This document shows, piece by piece, positions 36,720 to 49,090 of a stretch of 64,000 bases of DNA. The notes beneath the pieces are model-generated. The model searched no databases. It had not been told where the DNA came from and saw only the letters and a list, made by a program, of their open reading frames with translations. A program made the position numbers and the translations under genes. The DNA comes from Penicillus capitatus (lineage: Eukaryota; Plantae; Chlorophyta): the NCBI GenBank assembly GCA_965649825.1, contig OZ287699.1, forward strand, positions 744,001-808,000. Reading direction: 5' to 3'. Each line of letters starts with the position of its first letter. Within the stretch, counting starts at the first letter, position 1.

Positions 36720-39700
36720 TCATGTCCATGCGAAAGACTCAGGACGAATGTGGCGACGTCGACGTCTGATAGTGAAATTGATGTGACAGGTACTTTGAGT
36801 GCTCTGTTTATGGAATCTGATCTCTACAAAGCGAAGCAAACGACATGTGGATTGGAATAGATGATTAGAGACTCTCTCCCTCGCGAAGAACATCTTTTTG
36901 CTACAAGTACCCACCTCGTCGCATCTTAAATGAAGCCAGTCATGTGCGCACAACAACATCTGCAGAGACAGGTCATAAGCAAATCCCCGACATGTCAACA
37001 CCGAAAGTCATATCACCCTTCAATTCTCCAACCCCCGTCCAGTCAAACACAGAATCCAGTTAGACGAGTTTAGCGATTATTACTGTCGCTCAGCAGAAGT
37101 GTTGCTGTCTGCAGAATGAGAAGGTCTGCCAGATGGATGCTCTCTTGGATACGGAGATCTCTTCTCACCCAGCAAGGCATGGCGCACATGTGCCGTCATT
37201 CACCAGAGATGTTCTCTTTCACATGGAATGGCACTTAAACCAATGACATGATGTCTCTGCAATGGACCAACTGCATAATAATGTGATATCCACTCTTGAA
37301 AGATTTCTGTCCAGAACAACGATGACTTTGATCCAGAATGTCACTCTGCTGTCTCTTTAGGCACACACGGTCGAGCTTCTTCGGCGCCCTTTTTCAAATG
37401 TCTCTCGAGTGTTCGCCTAAACGTTAGGGCACCCCGAAAAAGAGAAATGCAGAAGAATATAAGACGCTGTCGTGGCTTCATTCAGTGGTGAAGAATACAT
37501 AGCTTATGTTAAACCATTTCTAACAGCTTGCTGGAAGAATAAGCGAAAAAAGAAAAGGTGCTAATTCATGAAAAACAAAATGTGAGGTAGGAAGCGTGCT
37601 GTTCGTCATCGTACTCTTGACATTGTTCCATGTGTGGTCTCTCATCCGTTGCGGACTCCCGATTCGTGCCGATGAGCCTTTTGTGAAGTTTAGGTGAAAC
37701 GTCTGACGACATCTGTGCCACGCAGTATATCGTTCCGAGCTCACTCGAAACCACAAAGGTGTGACCATCCTCCTCCTCCTCTCCTGCAGACCATAATGAC
37801 TTCAGGGCACAGAAAGACAATGACTTACGATGATGATCCTCGAAGAGGCATTGGACGTATTCGCTCACTCCATTCAACGCATCCGTTGATCTCAAAGCTG
37901 TGAGATGTGTTTTGAGAGGGATTGCCAGACCCTCTTTGAGATTCTTCTCAGATGATGCTGGGGCTTCCAGGGTGGAAGTGAAGAAGATGACATTGCCACG
38001 GTTGTCAATTGCAGCAATTCTGCCATCACGATTCATGTGAATATCGACGATGCCTCTCGCGTGTTTGCCAGATCCCACATGCTATGGCACAGAAACAGGC
38101 AGATGAATAGATCACTCCACTGTGTATGCAGCATCTCACTTCGAGTTTGTCGGGGAATGACGGCGTCTGCGGATGCGTGAATTTATAAAGGATGACGGAG
38201 TTAAAGTCATCCCCGGTGGCGACAGTACTGCGACAAACATGAATAGCTGTTGCCGGATCGCGAATCGGCAACCAGTTTGGGCTTTTCTCCCATCGACCAT
38301 TATGAATGTGATAGGGGACGAGTCGTGAACCAACTCCCACCATCAAGACGCTCTCATTAAACGGAGCTAGACAGCTGACTGGATCCGGCAGGCGGCGAAA
38401 TGCCAGTTGACTCATTCGACTTTGTAATCCATGATCCTCTTCTGAGATCTTTATGCGTAAGAGTCGCAGTGTCCCTCGCTCCACAGCTTCGAGGGATACA
38501 TCAGAACATGTCTCTTTTCCTGTCCCGACGGCAAGGAGAATGGTATCGGCTGTGAAAACTGGCCAGGATGGCAAAAGATCTCCTTCTGGGCAACGAGGAG
38601 TGGACACATCTGAGGGACAGGAGGTAAATGAACGGCAACATGTCAATGCTGCAGCCATGCCTCGCACTGTTTTCATATAGTTTCGAATTCTGAAGTCTGA
38701 GCGCTCTGCTGCACTTATATCCTCTCTGTCCCTGTCACTACACACATGACAATCCTATCCTCACAACGACCACACAACCGAACGCACTTTCTCGTGGTTT
38801 CCGATAAAGGGAGATCCGCTGCGGTCGTCGAGGACGATCCAGAGGTCGACCACAGCGAAGCGGCCGAAACAAACTCCTCTGGCTTTGCTTTGTAACAGAG
38901 ATGCAGTGTTCTCTGTCTTATGTCGATAAGATAGATCCCTGATAGCTTGGAGATGCCAAGTATTTGATGTCGACGAGGAAGCTGAATAAGTTTCTCGATG
39001 GGCTGATCTGTTGTAATCGACTGAATCTGCCGAGGTATATTTGCCATATGAAGCATCCCATTCACATCTGCATACACAAAGAGATAACGCATGCGCTCTC
39101 CATTGCAACAGTACTCCAAGATCTCTGGCAATTCAATCGCACTCTTCTTTTCATCTTCTCTCCAGAGCATCAAATCTGAAGCAGTTGTCAGAACTGTGCA
39201 GCATTTGATGTGTGACGGAAGATTGATCTGCTTTATGGTTCCGATCTGGCAGCAGCAGGTTATGGATGTCGAGGGACGAGGCACGTTCATTCTTAAAAGG
39301 AAACTGCGATTGGAGTAAGCCAAAACGAGATCTGGTCGGATCTGCTCCAGATGGACAGGTAATACGCCAACCTGCATCATTCTTCTCATGGAGGCGCCCT
39401 TCCATCCTTCATGTACACTGTATTCCCCCAGCACTCCATTTCTGAATCCCACCAACAAACAAGGCGTACATTGTTTGTCCGAATGTCCCATCACGACAAT
39501 GCTTTCTGGAACAGGGAGCTCCTGCCTGTCAAAGCGCGTTGCATCAAGTGCAGAGCATTCTATATTTAGTTGAGATCCGTCGTAAAGATCTTCTCCTTTG
39601 ATTGACCACAGATGCCAACAGGATTTCTTGCTGGTACATAAGAGGAAGACTTCGATGGACGAGGAATATGTTCCCATGATGCACAACATCTTTCCTGTTG

Positions 39701-42316
39701 TTCCATCGACGGTTAAGATCATACACGAGGGATGCATGTCTTCTGTTTCTGCTGACAAGAGTGTTTTCAGCCGCACTGTGGAGCGGCTGCGTTTTCTTGG
39801 CTGATGGCTCAATCCATGTTGCAAGACGTCTTCAAGCTCTAGCAGAATCAGCGATGATGTTGTGCTGCTGAACAAACACACAGCCTCGTCAAAGGCTGCT
39901 GCGCACATGATGTGTTCTAGTCTGGTGTTTTTCTCTGGTTTGCGTCCCCAGAAGGTGAGATCGAGGAAACCTCGAGGCGTCAACGACGATCCATCGTGGC
40001 CATTTGGCAGATCTCGCTGTGCCGTAGAGTACCAAATACTCTCCGGTCCTTCGCTCCCTGATGTCGTCGATTTCTCTGAGAATTTCAACACGGAACTCAG
40101 TTGCTGGGCATTGAAATTGCTGAACGACCTAAAAGCACAACAGATGTCTAAACACAACAAGACTGCTTGCTCTGAAGTCAATACAGTTACCATCTTCGTG
40201 GAGTCGCCTCACAGTCCATCTCGTCGGTAGCTAGACTCGAACTGGAGATGTGTTTGTTGTGCAGAGATGGCTTTTCTGTTTTGTTATCCTCGGACATTCT
40301 CATTGCACAGAGGGCCACTCTTGATGGTGTGACCTGTACGAAGAAACTGTGATTGAGTGCAGCACAATGGATCGTCGGTTCGTTCCTGAGAATTCCCATC
40401 AAATGCGTTCCATCAATAAAAACGCCATCTGCACAGCAGCAGCAACAGCATTTCAGATAAAATAAAAGCAGAGGGCATACACAGAGTAGTAACCTTTGAA
40501 AATAAGAATGCGTGTTTCGTCAAGAAAGGATGCCACGATGAACTCTCGGGACTGCAGACGATTTGAGGGTCGGATTTTCCACAGACGCGTGAGACACTTA
40601 AATTGCGGACTGAGACAGAGATCTTCTGTCATGATGCCAGAGCTCATGATCTTGACAGATGCAGCGCTCTCATCTGGTGATGCGGTATAGAAAACACGTC
40701 CCGTTTCATTGTCTGCGTTTCGTCGGATGAGCAGGTCTCGGATCGATCCAGAATTCTCCAGAATTTGTGTTCTCTGATACTGAATGTCGCTTCCTTTATG
40801 CAGGGGAGACAATAAGAAGTGATCAAGATTGAACGAATAGAAAAACAGATTCCCACGTGGCAAACAACAAAGCCGGTGCCCCGGTGAAAGGCAAGGCGTT
40901 CCGTGCACGACCCCCTTCAAAAGTGTCCTCCATTCCGTATGCGACTGGGAACGCTGGAAAGTCACGTGGATCGTCTTGATCACTCCATCATCCAGACAGA
41001 GTCTCAAGGATGCCTTTCGCCACATGTCATCCAGACACTTTTCCTCCTGTCTGATTCCATAGTCGAAGGAGAGGATTCGATGAAGTGCATTTTCATGTAG
41101 ATGGCCTCGAGGTTTCTCTGATGCCAATGACACGTCCTCTCCACAACACGAATGCCTTTCGAATAGGAACTCCCTCACAAGCTGCACAGGAACTCTGTTG
41201 TGGTGAACAGGTCCAGCCGCCGGCCACATCATAGCAATGTGCTTCACTTCCAACTCTTTGGTCTTCCTCTCGGAGTACAGAACATGAAAATCCAAGATAC
41301 AAACTGCTCTTCTGCATACCAGCATTGCCCCTGAAGCTCAGGAGATATGTGCGAGAGCTTCAAGTTGGAGGAAAGTACCAAAAGGGTGTTGTGGAATGGG
41401 AAGAAGCGCACGCGGAGGACCATGGTCCTGATTCCATACGCCAAAGTCCTTATTCCAGACACTACTAATGGGTATAGGCATCGTCAATGTCAAATCGATA
41501 GCGCTTTTGCATAAGGCCTCATCGTCTCCTCTGTGGCAGTCATAGATGCACACGAGGTGGTCCTCTTCGGTTCTACACTCAGAACCAACCGTCGACGTGA
41601 TGAACGTGTCTCTCGAGCGAAGTGTGTTCGCTCACTTGATCAAGAAAGAAAGATAATGCGATTTCGTGGCAGGATTGCGTGCAAAGAAACGCACAGAGAG
41701 AATAGACATTATAGAAGAGGGTAATCTGCCACACCGTACATGGCCACTTGGATAACGAATGACAGCAAATTGCCGAGAGCTGTCGGAGGCAACAACCATA
41801 TCTCCAGTTTCCTCACAGACACTGAGATACGTTGCATTTGGCACCATATCTACACAGCCCATCCCATTCGAGGTCGATGGATCGTCGATGATGGATGCGG
41901 CGAACGCACTTTTTAGACAGGATTGCATGATCGGAATGAAAAGCTGTCGGTCGTGATCGTAACGCAACACGATGACGCAGTCTTGGGAAGTAAGCATGGC
42001 TAACAGATCGTTGTCCTGAGGATGGATGTGTACAGTATGGTGTGGCTCGAGTTACACGGAGTGTCACTTTTTGAATGGTTCCCTGCGCGGGATGGAGAGT
42101 CTTGATAACGTGTGCCCTTTCCGTGAGTGTTTGTTGACGGCAGTAGTTAAGCCAATGGCGTTCTCCCGTCGGAGTCTCATGGAATTCCAAGTTGCGACAC
42201 TCGAGAAGACAGTCTTTGAGAAGAACGACATTGACGCCGTGACTCTCCCAGAAATGGCCGAAGCAAACATCCAAAACCGCGCCACTGTGAATCAATTTAC
42301 GACAGCAATGCACCAT
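36720..42316 (-). CDS. RSE1/DDB1/CPSF1-family triple beta-propeller protein (divergent, many exons)
   Basis: N-terminus MVHCCRKLIHSGAVLDVCFGHF...VVLLKDCLLE, then SPQFKCLTRLWKI...FIVASFLDETRIL, LLVGFRNGVLGEY, VGVLPVHLE, VLMVGVGSRLVPY, VATGDDFNSVILYK. The 3' end is approximate. Confidence 0.75.
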
Positions 42317-42501
42317 CACGTTCGGTATGTGTATAAGTCGTGTCCAACAAAACCACAACGATTCGCGCAATCTAAACACGGCACTTCGTGATGTGACGGA
42401 CAGACACACACACAGACGTACACACAACCATGGTCCATTCAAAGGCGCTCATTGCTGCCAAACAAGAGACACAGGTATCGTTGGTACGGCATGACGTGCG
42501 A

Positions 42502-43399
42502 TCAATCGATGTACTGCGACACCCAGCGAAATCCATCGGCATAGCCCATCTTACGCACCTACCGCACGTACACACGCTTAGGTGCAAGAGTTGAGATGGA
42601 TAGGATGTGACGTACGACACTGCACATGAAGATCTCGATCGGTCTGATGTTCTTCTCCAGTGTCACCTTTCCTTTCCCCGTCGTGTAGTTTGTGAGGCCA
42701 AGCATGTGTCGTACGTCATCCTCGGAACAGGCATGAGGCAAATCGATCTTGTTTCCCAGTATCAAGAAGGGAATGTCGGAGAGCGATTCGTCAGATAACA
42801 ACGCATCCAGTTCTTTCTTTGACTCGGGGAGACGCTCGCGATCGGCGACGTCTACCAAGAACACAATGGCATCGACCTGAACGTCACATCATGATTGCGG
42901 TGGAGGGAAAGGCACTGTGCAAGGCACCTTAGCAAAATAGTCTTTCCAAAGACGACGTGCTATTTCATGACCGCCCAAATCGAAAGCTTTGAAGTTAATG
43001 CCAGCCATTTGAAGCTCCTAAGCAAAGAAACCCACGACCCATGATGTGACGGACGTCCCCAACGGCACCTCGGACGTGGGATGCTGCGTGGGTTGGTGTT
43101 GTTGTAGACGATCATCCTTTAACATATGCATCAGCGTTGTTTTTCCTGCATTGTCCAGTCCCTGCAACAAGACAAGTGTTCATGCACGTAGCACGCACAC
43201 ACGCGACTGTCAAAGAGCGATACTAAGAAGAGGATTTTTGCATTCTTGTTGTAGAGTCCTAAATAATTCAAGACACTGTAGAACCTGAACAGCAACAGGA
43301 ATGCGTTCGCCGCCAAAGTATCATCCGCCGCCGTCGAAAGGCGGCGGCAGAAGTCGAGGAGATCGCTGAGGGAAGAGATTACCAGTTGAGAATGAACAT
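42502..43399 (-). CDS. SAR1: Small GTPase SAR1 (COPII)
   Basis: [81 protein letters not shown]. Confidence 0.98.
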
Positions 43400-43706
43400 C
43401 TTTCAGGAGCGTGATGCTTCGAATCCGCCGTTCCGAACTTGGAAAGCCGTCTTCAACGCGAGACGCCAAAGATGTGGAATTTATCAACGATGATATGACG
43501 TTTGCATTCATACCCGTCGTCGAAGTGCCAACATTGCCCACACGGACTGCGCCATGAGCATGTACACCACTGGTGATCGGCACCATATCGAGTCGTCAGT
43601 GGCCATTCATCGACAAGACACAGATCGCTTGGAATAAGATCGGTAGGAGCGGCGTTTCTGTGCTGCTGCATGTCTTAATGATGGTGCATGTAGTGATTAG
43701 CGCGAA

Positions 43707-44607
43707 ATGGGCAGCAGATTCAGCTTGTTCAACAACGAAGACGTTGATATGTCACCCGTTTTGCGAAAGCGGAATGAATATGCCGATATCGATGCGATGT
43801 CCGCTGCGGCGGTGAAGAAAGAACTGAAACAACACGGCCTCGAAGTCGACGCGTTGCTCCGAGAGAAGTTGAAGGAGCTGCGCCAGACCGAAGTCAGCGC
43901 CGCTGCACGTCGTTCGGGCACGACACCTATGGGTACACTCTTAAACAACGCCTTTAATCTTTGACCTGCTCTGTTTGAAGACACGGAAGCGGCGACGGCC
44001 CCTGTTTCCTCACCCCTTGCCCTTCCCGTCCCCATTGTCCAACCCAAAGCAGATGGACCGCTTACGCGTTCGCAACTGACGGGTAAGGATACTCTGTCGT
44101 GATCTGTCATGATGATATGTGTTTGGTGGACAGAGTCGGCGATGGCGAAACGTCGCGCGCGCAAAACGCCTGCGGTTCGAAAAACGACGATGAAGAGGAA
44201 AACGCCCGCGACGAAGAAGATGGCGACCAAGAGTGTGCGCAAGAGGTCAGGCCAACGCCGAGTGCGATCGGGTGCGAAACGGAATCGTACACAAAGCGGA
44301 AAGGCGCCTGCCGCAGAAGGTAGCCTCAGGCCAGCGATGCACGCTGCCAAACTCCATCGTGCTTTGCCCAGGGTATGATGAAGAGAATGATGAGACTGAC
44401 TACGACGTGGAGATGATCATGGACATTCGACTGGATGAGAAATCCGGCAAAGCAAAGCGTCAGTTCTTGATTCGTTGGACTGGCTATGGAGTCGAAGACG
44501 ATCAATGGATCGACGAAACCATGTTAGCTCTGCCGATCGACGAGTACAAGCATTCTGATGTCGTTAAGACAAAGCTCCAAGCCGACGATGTGACGGGGTC
44601 GATTTGA
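43707..44607 (+). CDS. Chromodomain protein with N-terminal SAP-like helix
   Basis: DIDAMSAAAVKKELKQHGLE near the N-terminus; C-terminal DYDVEMIMDIR...QFLIRWTGYGVEDDQWIDETML chromodomain. Confidence 0.8.
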
Positions 44608-44724
44608 GATGTTCGATGTTCGTCCATCTGTATGTATAAGATGACGTGGACGTTTATTTTTAAGAGATACATGTGCGAAGCAGTAATCTTGTTTTCTGCA
44701 TTGTTTTACAAGAGGTGTCTGTCT

Positions 44725-46632
44725 CTAAGCCGTCTGTTGCATGTCGAGAGCGGCATCCAGACGTAGAACCTGTGTTTCCAAGTTGTGTAAATTGACAAGG
44801 ACAGCTTCGCTCTTAAGACTGAAATCCGGAACAGAGATCAAACGCGATGTCACCCGATGATCTGATGCATGGTCATCATGATGAAAGGCGTGCGAATAGT
44901 GTGACCTTGGAAAAGACGTGTGTCAAAGCATGGCTGGTTGCCTGCGAAGAAGATGTGTGGTGTCTCTTCCAGGACAAAGGGATCGCTTTGGTCGAAAGGA
45001 AAGCAGGTCAGTGTATCTGGACAGGTCGGTGCTAGATGCCGATACTTCAGACACAGTTCCATCGCTTCCACTCCGCTTCCGAAATCCGAGTGCCTTGAAA
45101 CAACAGAGACCCATTGTCCTGACGGTCGACATATCGGTACGAGATTACAGAAGGATGTCATCGACGTTCTGTCCAGATGTGCCCATAATACGAACGCCAT
45201 CGAGAGTGAAATCGTGAGGATTGGTCACTCTATTGAGATGCTTTTCTTTGCTCGCCTGAGGAAAGAAACACCTGAGCCAGACGAACGTTGCTGTTCATGG
45301 GTGCTTGACAATAATGGAGAAGTCGACTTGTGTAGAGGTTGCTGAGGTAGAAAGCAGGAAGCTAGATCATGTAGACCTGGCATCACATCGACAGGCACAG
45401 TTGGTACAATTTCGTTTAAGAAACCATCCACGTCGCTGCACAGAATCCTGCATTCGTCCTTCTGTACCAAAAAATGGCGACCTGACAAGATGGGCTCCAA
45501 TGCACGGAGTTGCTGACGCGAATTGGGTGATCCGGTTGCCAGATCTTTATTTTTGCCAATCAGTTCTCCACAGACAACCACACGAACGATACCTGCCCAA
45601 GGTACGATCAGCATAGCAACAGAGCACATGGTGCTATGCAAACGCGAAGGAATCTCTTCAGCCTCTCCAAATGATCCAACAAGGTATTCGGCAAGCATAT
45701 CCAATGCCAGACGGTTTTGTGGACGGATGGTCGCCAGATTCAAACCCGATAACAACAGAAGGTAGACATCCGATTCCCTCGATCTTTCAGGAAGCGGCAG
45801 TTGTGGAGCAATCTCTAGTATACTATGCATCTCTGTAAAGTCCAAGGTTGTTGCGTGATTCTTGCCTGGACAACAGACGTCTGTCACTTCAAATCTCCCA
45901 TTGGCCAATTGTCGACCCTTCACAGCGACACACATTCCTGGAGAGGAATGAGAAAATGTAGACGATCGCGTCGAACTGCTGTGAGCACCTGAGACGAGTT
46001 GGTTGACAGGCAACGCAGTTCCAGTGAGTTCCGTACGGGTGCCGTCATCTTCGATGAACAGGAGATCGTCATCATGCACACGATTCTTATTGATCTGCAG
46101 CTCTTTCTCTTCGACCCTCTTCGAAAGATACTTGTCCAAAACTTGCGGCTTTAATTTCATGCTTTTGAAAAGAATTCCGCAGAGCACGACGTCTGTCGAT
46201 CCCCGTTCCTTGATCCCCAAAATCTTGCATGCTGTCCTCGACAGAGCATGGAGACTCGAAAACGATACGGTATTGCCTACTGGGTATCTCTGGCCATTTG
46301 TGCTGAGCACTCTCTACCAGATGAGGCTTCAATTCATGAAACCGACAGAAATACGTTTGTGCAAATTGTCGTTCAAAACCAGACTCGGTCAAGATGAAAC
46401 GCTCGTTCTGTGCACTTAGCTCTTTATGTTTTGCACGCAGTAGAGCGAAGAAGGACCTTGTCTGTGTAGTCGACTGTAGGCCGTGGCGGATGATTCTCTT
46501 GAGCGCCATTCGATCGATCGAAATCTCGCGGGAGTTGTACACCGAGTCGCCTTTAGAAGACGCTGCCTCGTCGAGAACGGCAAGATGACGAGGCGTGGGG
46601 TACTCGAGTTCTTTCAGGGCTTCCGGATCCAT
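44725..46632 (-). CDS. POLD2: DNA polymerase delta small subunit
   Basis: RQFAQTYFCRFHELKP, VVLCGILFKSMKLKPQVL, DLLFIEDDGTRTEL, VDVMPGLHD, RHLAPTCPDTLTCFPF..SDPFVLEETPHIFFAGNQ, RLISVPDF. Confidence 0.95.
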
Positions 46633-46765
46633 GGTGACGTACGTTTATCTGTCTCTATGTTGGGATGGATACGATCGTAGTCTGTACAAACGCATACGGT
46701 CGTCTAATCGAAACCAATCGTATTTGTGCCATTGCCGCTGTCGCATTCGACGTTGCTGTTTTGGG

Positions 46766-47163
46766 ATGTCGAAAAAAGAGAGCGCCATCGATTTGAGCAA
46801 ACTCATCGACAAAGGTGTCCACGTCAAGCTCAGTGGAGGTCGAGAAGGTTATTGACCTCTTCTTTGAATGCCGGCGTCGAAGTTTTGCGTTTTAGTGACG
46901 GGTATTCTCAAAGGGTACGACCAGCTAATGAATCTCGTGGTGGACGACACCACAGAGTACTTGCGAGGCATGGGTCGCTTCACAAAATGATGTGACATGT
47001 TTCATGGGATTGTCACACAGATCCGGAAGATCCGTTGAAGATTACAGACGATACGCGGAAACTGGGACTCGTCGTGTGTCGTGGTCCCTCCGTTATGCTC
47101 GTCTCTCCCACCACTGGTGCAGAGCAAATCAACTACAATCCCTTCCATGGGGAACAGGGATAG
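46766..47163 (+). CDS. LSM7: U6 snRNA-associated Sm-like protein LSm7
   Basis: MSKKESAIDLSKLIDKGVHVKLSGGRE-VTGILKGYDQLMNLVVDDTTEYLR-DPEDPL...RKLGLVVCRG..VMLVSP. Confidence 0.97.
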
Positions 47164-47299
47164 CACGGCGAATGTTGTGTAATGCTGTCAATCACCCTCC
47201 ATGTACCATTTCTTCGCGTAGGCGACAACAGCGTGCGACGCAGCACGAATATCATTGCACCAAGAAGACAACCGTCGAAAAATTCAAAATCGTCGCACC

Positions 47300-47797
47300 C
47301 ATTTGTCGAGATTTCGTGTATTCCTTCAGACAACAGAGCGTCCGAGACCGTCGATAAGAGAGATTTGGACGCCGGGTATGTGCTTGGCAGCGTTGGCGAG
47401 TCCTTATAGGCTATCTGAGCTGCGCTTGATGTTTGTCACGGCGACGACAGGACTTCAGTTCTTTTCGAGTCCATCTACGGCCGAGATGAAGCGGCTTCCG
47501 AACATGTAGAGGACCCTGGCGGAAGATGAGAGATATCGTCGACGAGATCGTCGATAATCGATCAATCAGATTGGCGTTGCGGAATTCGCCGAACGCAAGT
47601 AGCAGCATTTGGATCGGAAAACATTTGCGTTTCGACAAATCGACCGTTTACGACAAGGATACTGACGTCATGTCCGTCAGCCAGATAACAAGATCGTGAT
47701 GTGACAATGTCTCCCCGATCCAAATCCTGTTTGAGTGGTTAAAAAGCGCGATCAACAGAACGGAATATCGTAATGGTAACGGTGATAAATAGACAGT
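47300..47797 (-). mobile_element. Decayed dispersed element, inverted homolog of 63326-63750
   Basis: Reverse complement TACGATATTCCGTTCTGTTGATC...GGATTTGGATCGGGGAGACATTGTCACATC...GCGAATTCCGCAACGCCAATCTGAT...CGATATCTC...AAGTCCTGTC aligns collinearly with 63337-63640 (TACGATTTTCAGTTCTGTTGATC...AGATTCGGATCGAGGAGTCATTGTAACATC...ACGAATTCTGCAACGCTGATCTGAT...CGATATCTC...AAGTCCTGCC). Confidence 0.75.
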
Positions 47798-47937
47798 CGA
47801 TGATGGGATCGATAGCGTCAATCGACGGCGATGATGGGATCGATAGCGTCAATCGACGGCGATGATGGGATCGATAGCGTCAATCGACGGCGATGATGGG
47901 ATCGATAGCGTCAATCGACGGCGATGATGGGATCGAT
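47798..47937. repeat. Perfect 31-bp minisatellite, ~4.5 copies
   Basis: Unit CGATGATGGGATCGATAGCGTCAATCGACGG at 47798, 47829, 47860, 47891, with a partial copy at 47922. Confidence 0.97.
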
Positions 47938-49090
47938 CTGGAGCATGCTCAAATGATGAGTATTTATCGATGAATCTGACAATCCAACTCGAAAACAGAT
48001 CATCGAAGCAGTGATAAGCGTCCACAGAAGAAATCGTAGATAGAAAACCAACTCTACGACTGGCATCGCCGCAATAGAGGCGCGATTTGATGTCAAGCGA
48101 TGGCAGCTTATGGATGCCATCGACGCCGATCGATTCCATCGATCCACGTCCCGATCGTCTGCCCAACCATTGGAGAACTAATGTGGAGTTCAACTGACGT
48201 CATTTAGGGCGATCGATCGCGTTTTAAGTAGAGTTTTATCTCTGTCGATTTTGCTTGATGGAAAGATCAGTCTCCAGCTTTTCGAATCTACAAAAGAAAC
48301 GGAGCTACCTTTAGCGAAGATCGATTTTTTGGCTTAAATCAAGATGCGCAGCGCCGCTGTGACTTGGGATGAAAATTTGATGCGACCCGACGAATCGATT
48401 AAGTTAACGACATAAGCATAGACATTGCGTTTTTAGAAAAGAAGACATCTGTTTCGTTCCGATCGCAACTGCGTCTCACCTGTAGAATCAATCCTTTAGT
48501 GCCTCATTCGAAATTACAAGCTAGAGTAACATTCTACTCGATTTGATTGTAATGTAAGAAACTGCTCATCTTGGCGCGTGTCCATCAGAAGACAGTTTTC
48601 GCTTGAATGCGCATGCACACTCAACAGAGAGAACGGGCTGTGATGATGGTACGTTCATTCATCGCAGCCATCAAAGCACGGATATTAATAACTAACCGCA
48701 GAGATTTATATGGTTTCGAGACGATCACAAGAAGAATCAACTCTCGAGCATGTTTGAAAAGTTCCACCACTCCAACTTCCAGACAGCCATCGACCAGAAG
48801 TTAGAACAGGCATCGTTCCGGAAAGCATAGAAACCGATTGCTAAAATCGGACAAATGCACCGATGTGTCGACTAGGGATCTCTGATAGAGTAGTTCATCA
48901 CCTGCGGCAGAGACATGGATTCTGAGAAGACCGTCGGGTATTGTGTCTTCAGCCTTTCCAGTACTCTACAGCCGTAGCAACGCAGAACGAAGGATTACTA
49001 GCTGTTATTTGTCTGCAACTATACTGATTCGCATACGAAGCATATACGGTTGGAAGGCAGGACGTTGGGACGCCAGAGCACCAACCATCC

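Noticed and set aside
5843-46996. TGATGTGAC as the intron branch-point consensus
   Set aside because: It occurs in both orientations within introns of one gene (SAR1) and also in exons and intergenic DNA. Kept only as an orientation-independent motif.
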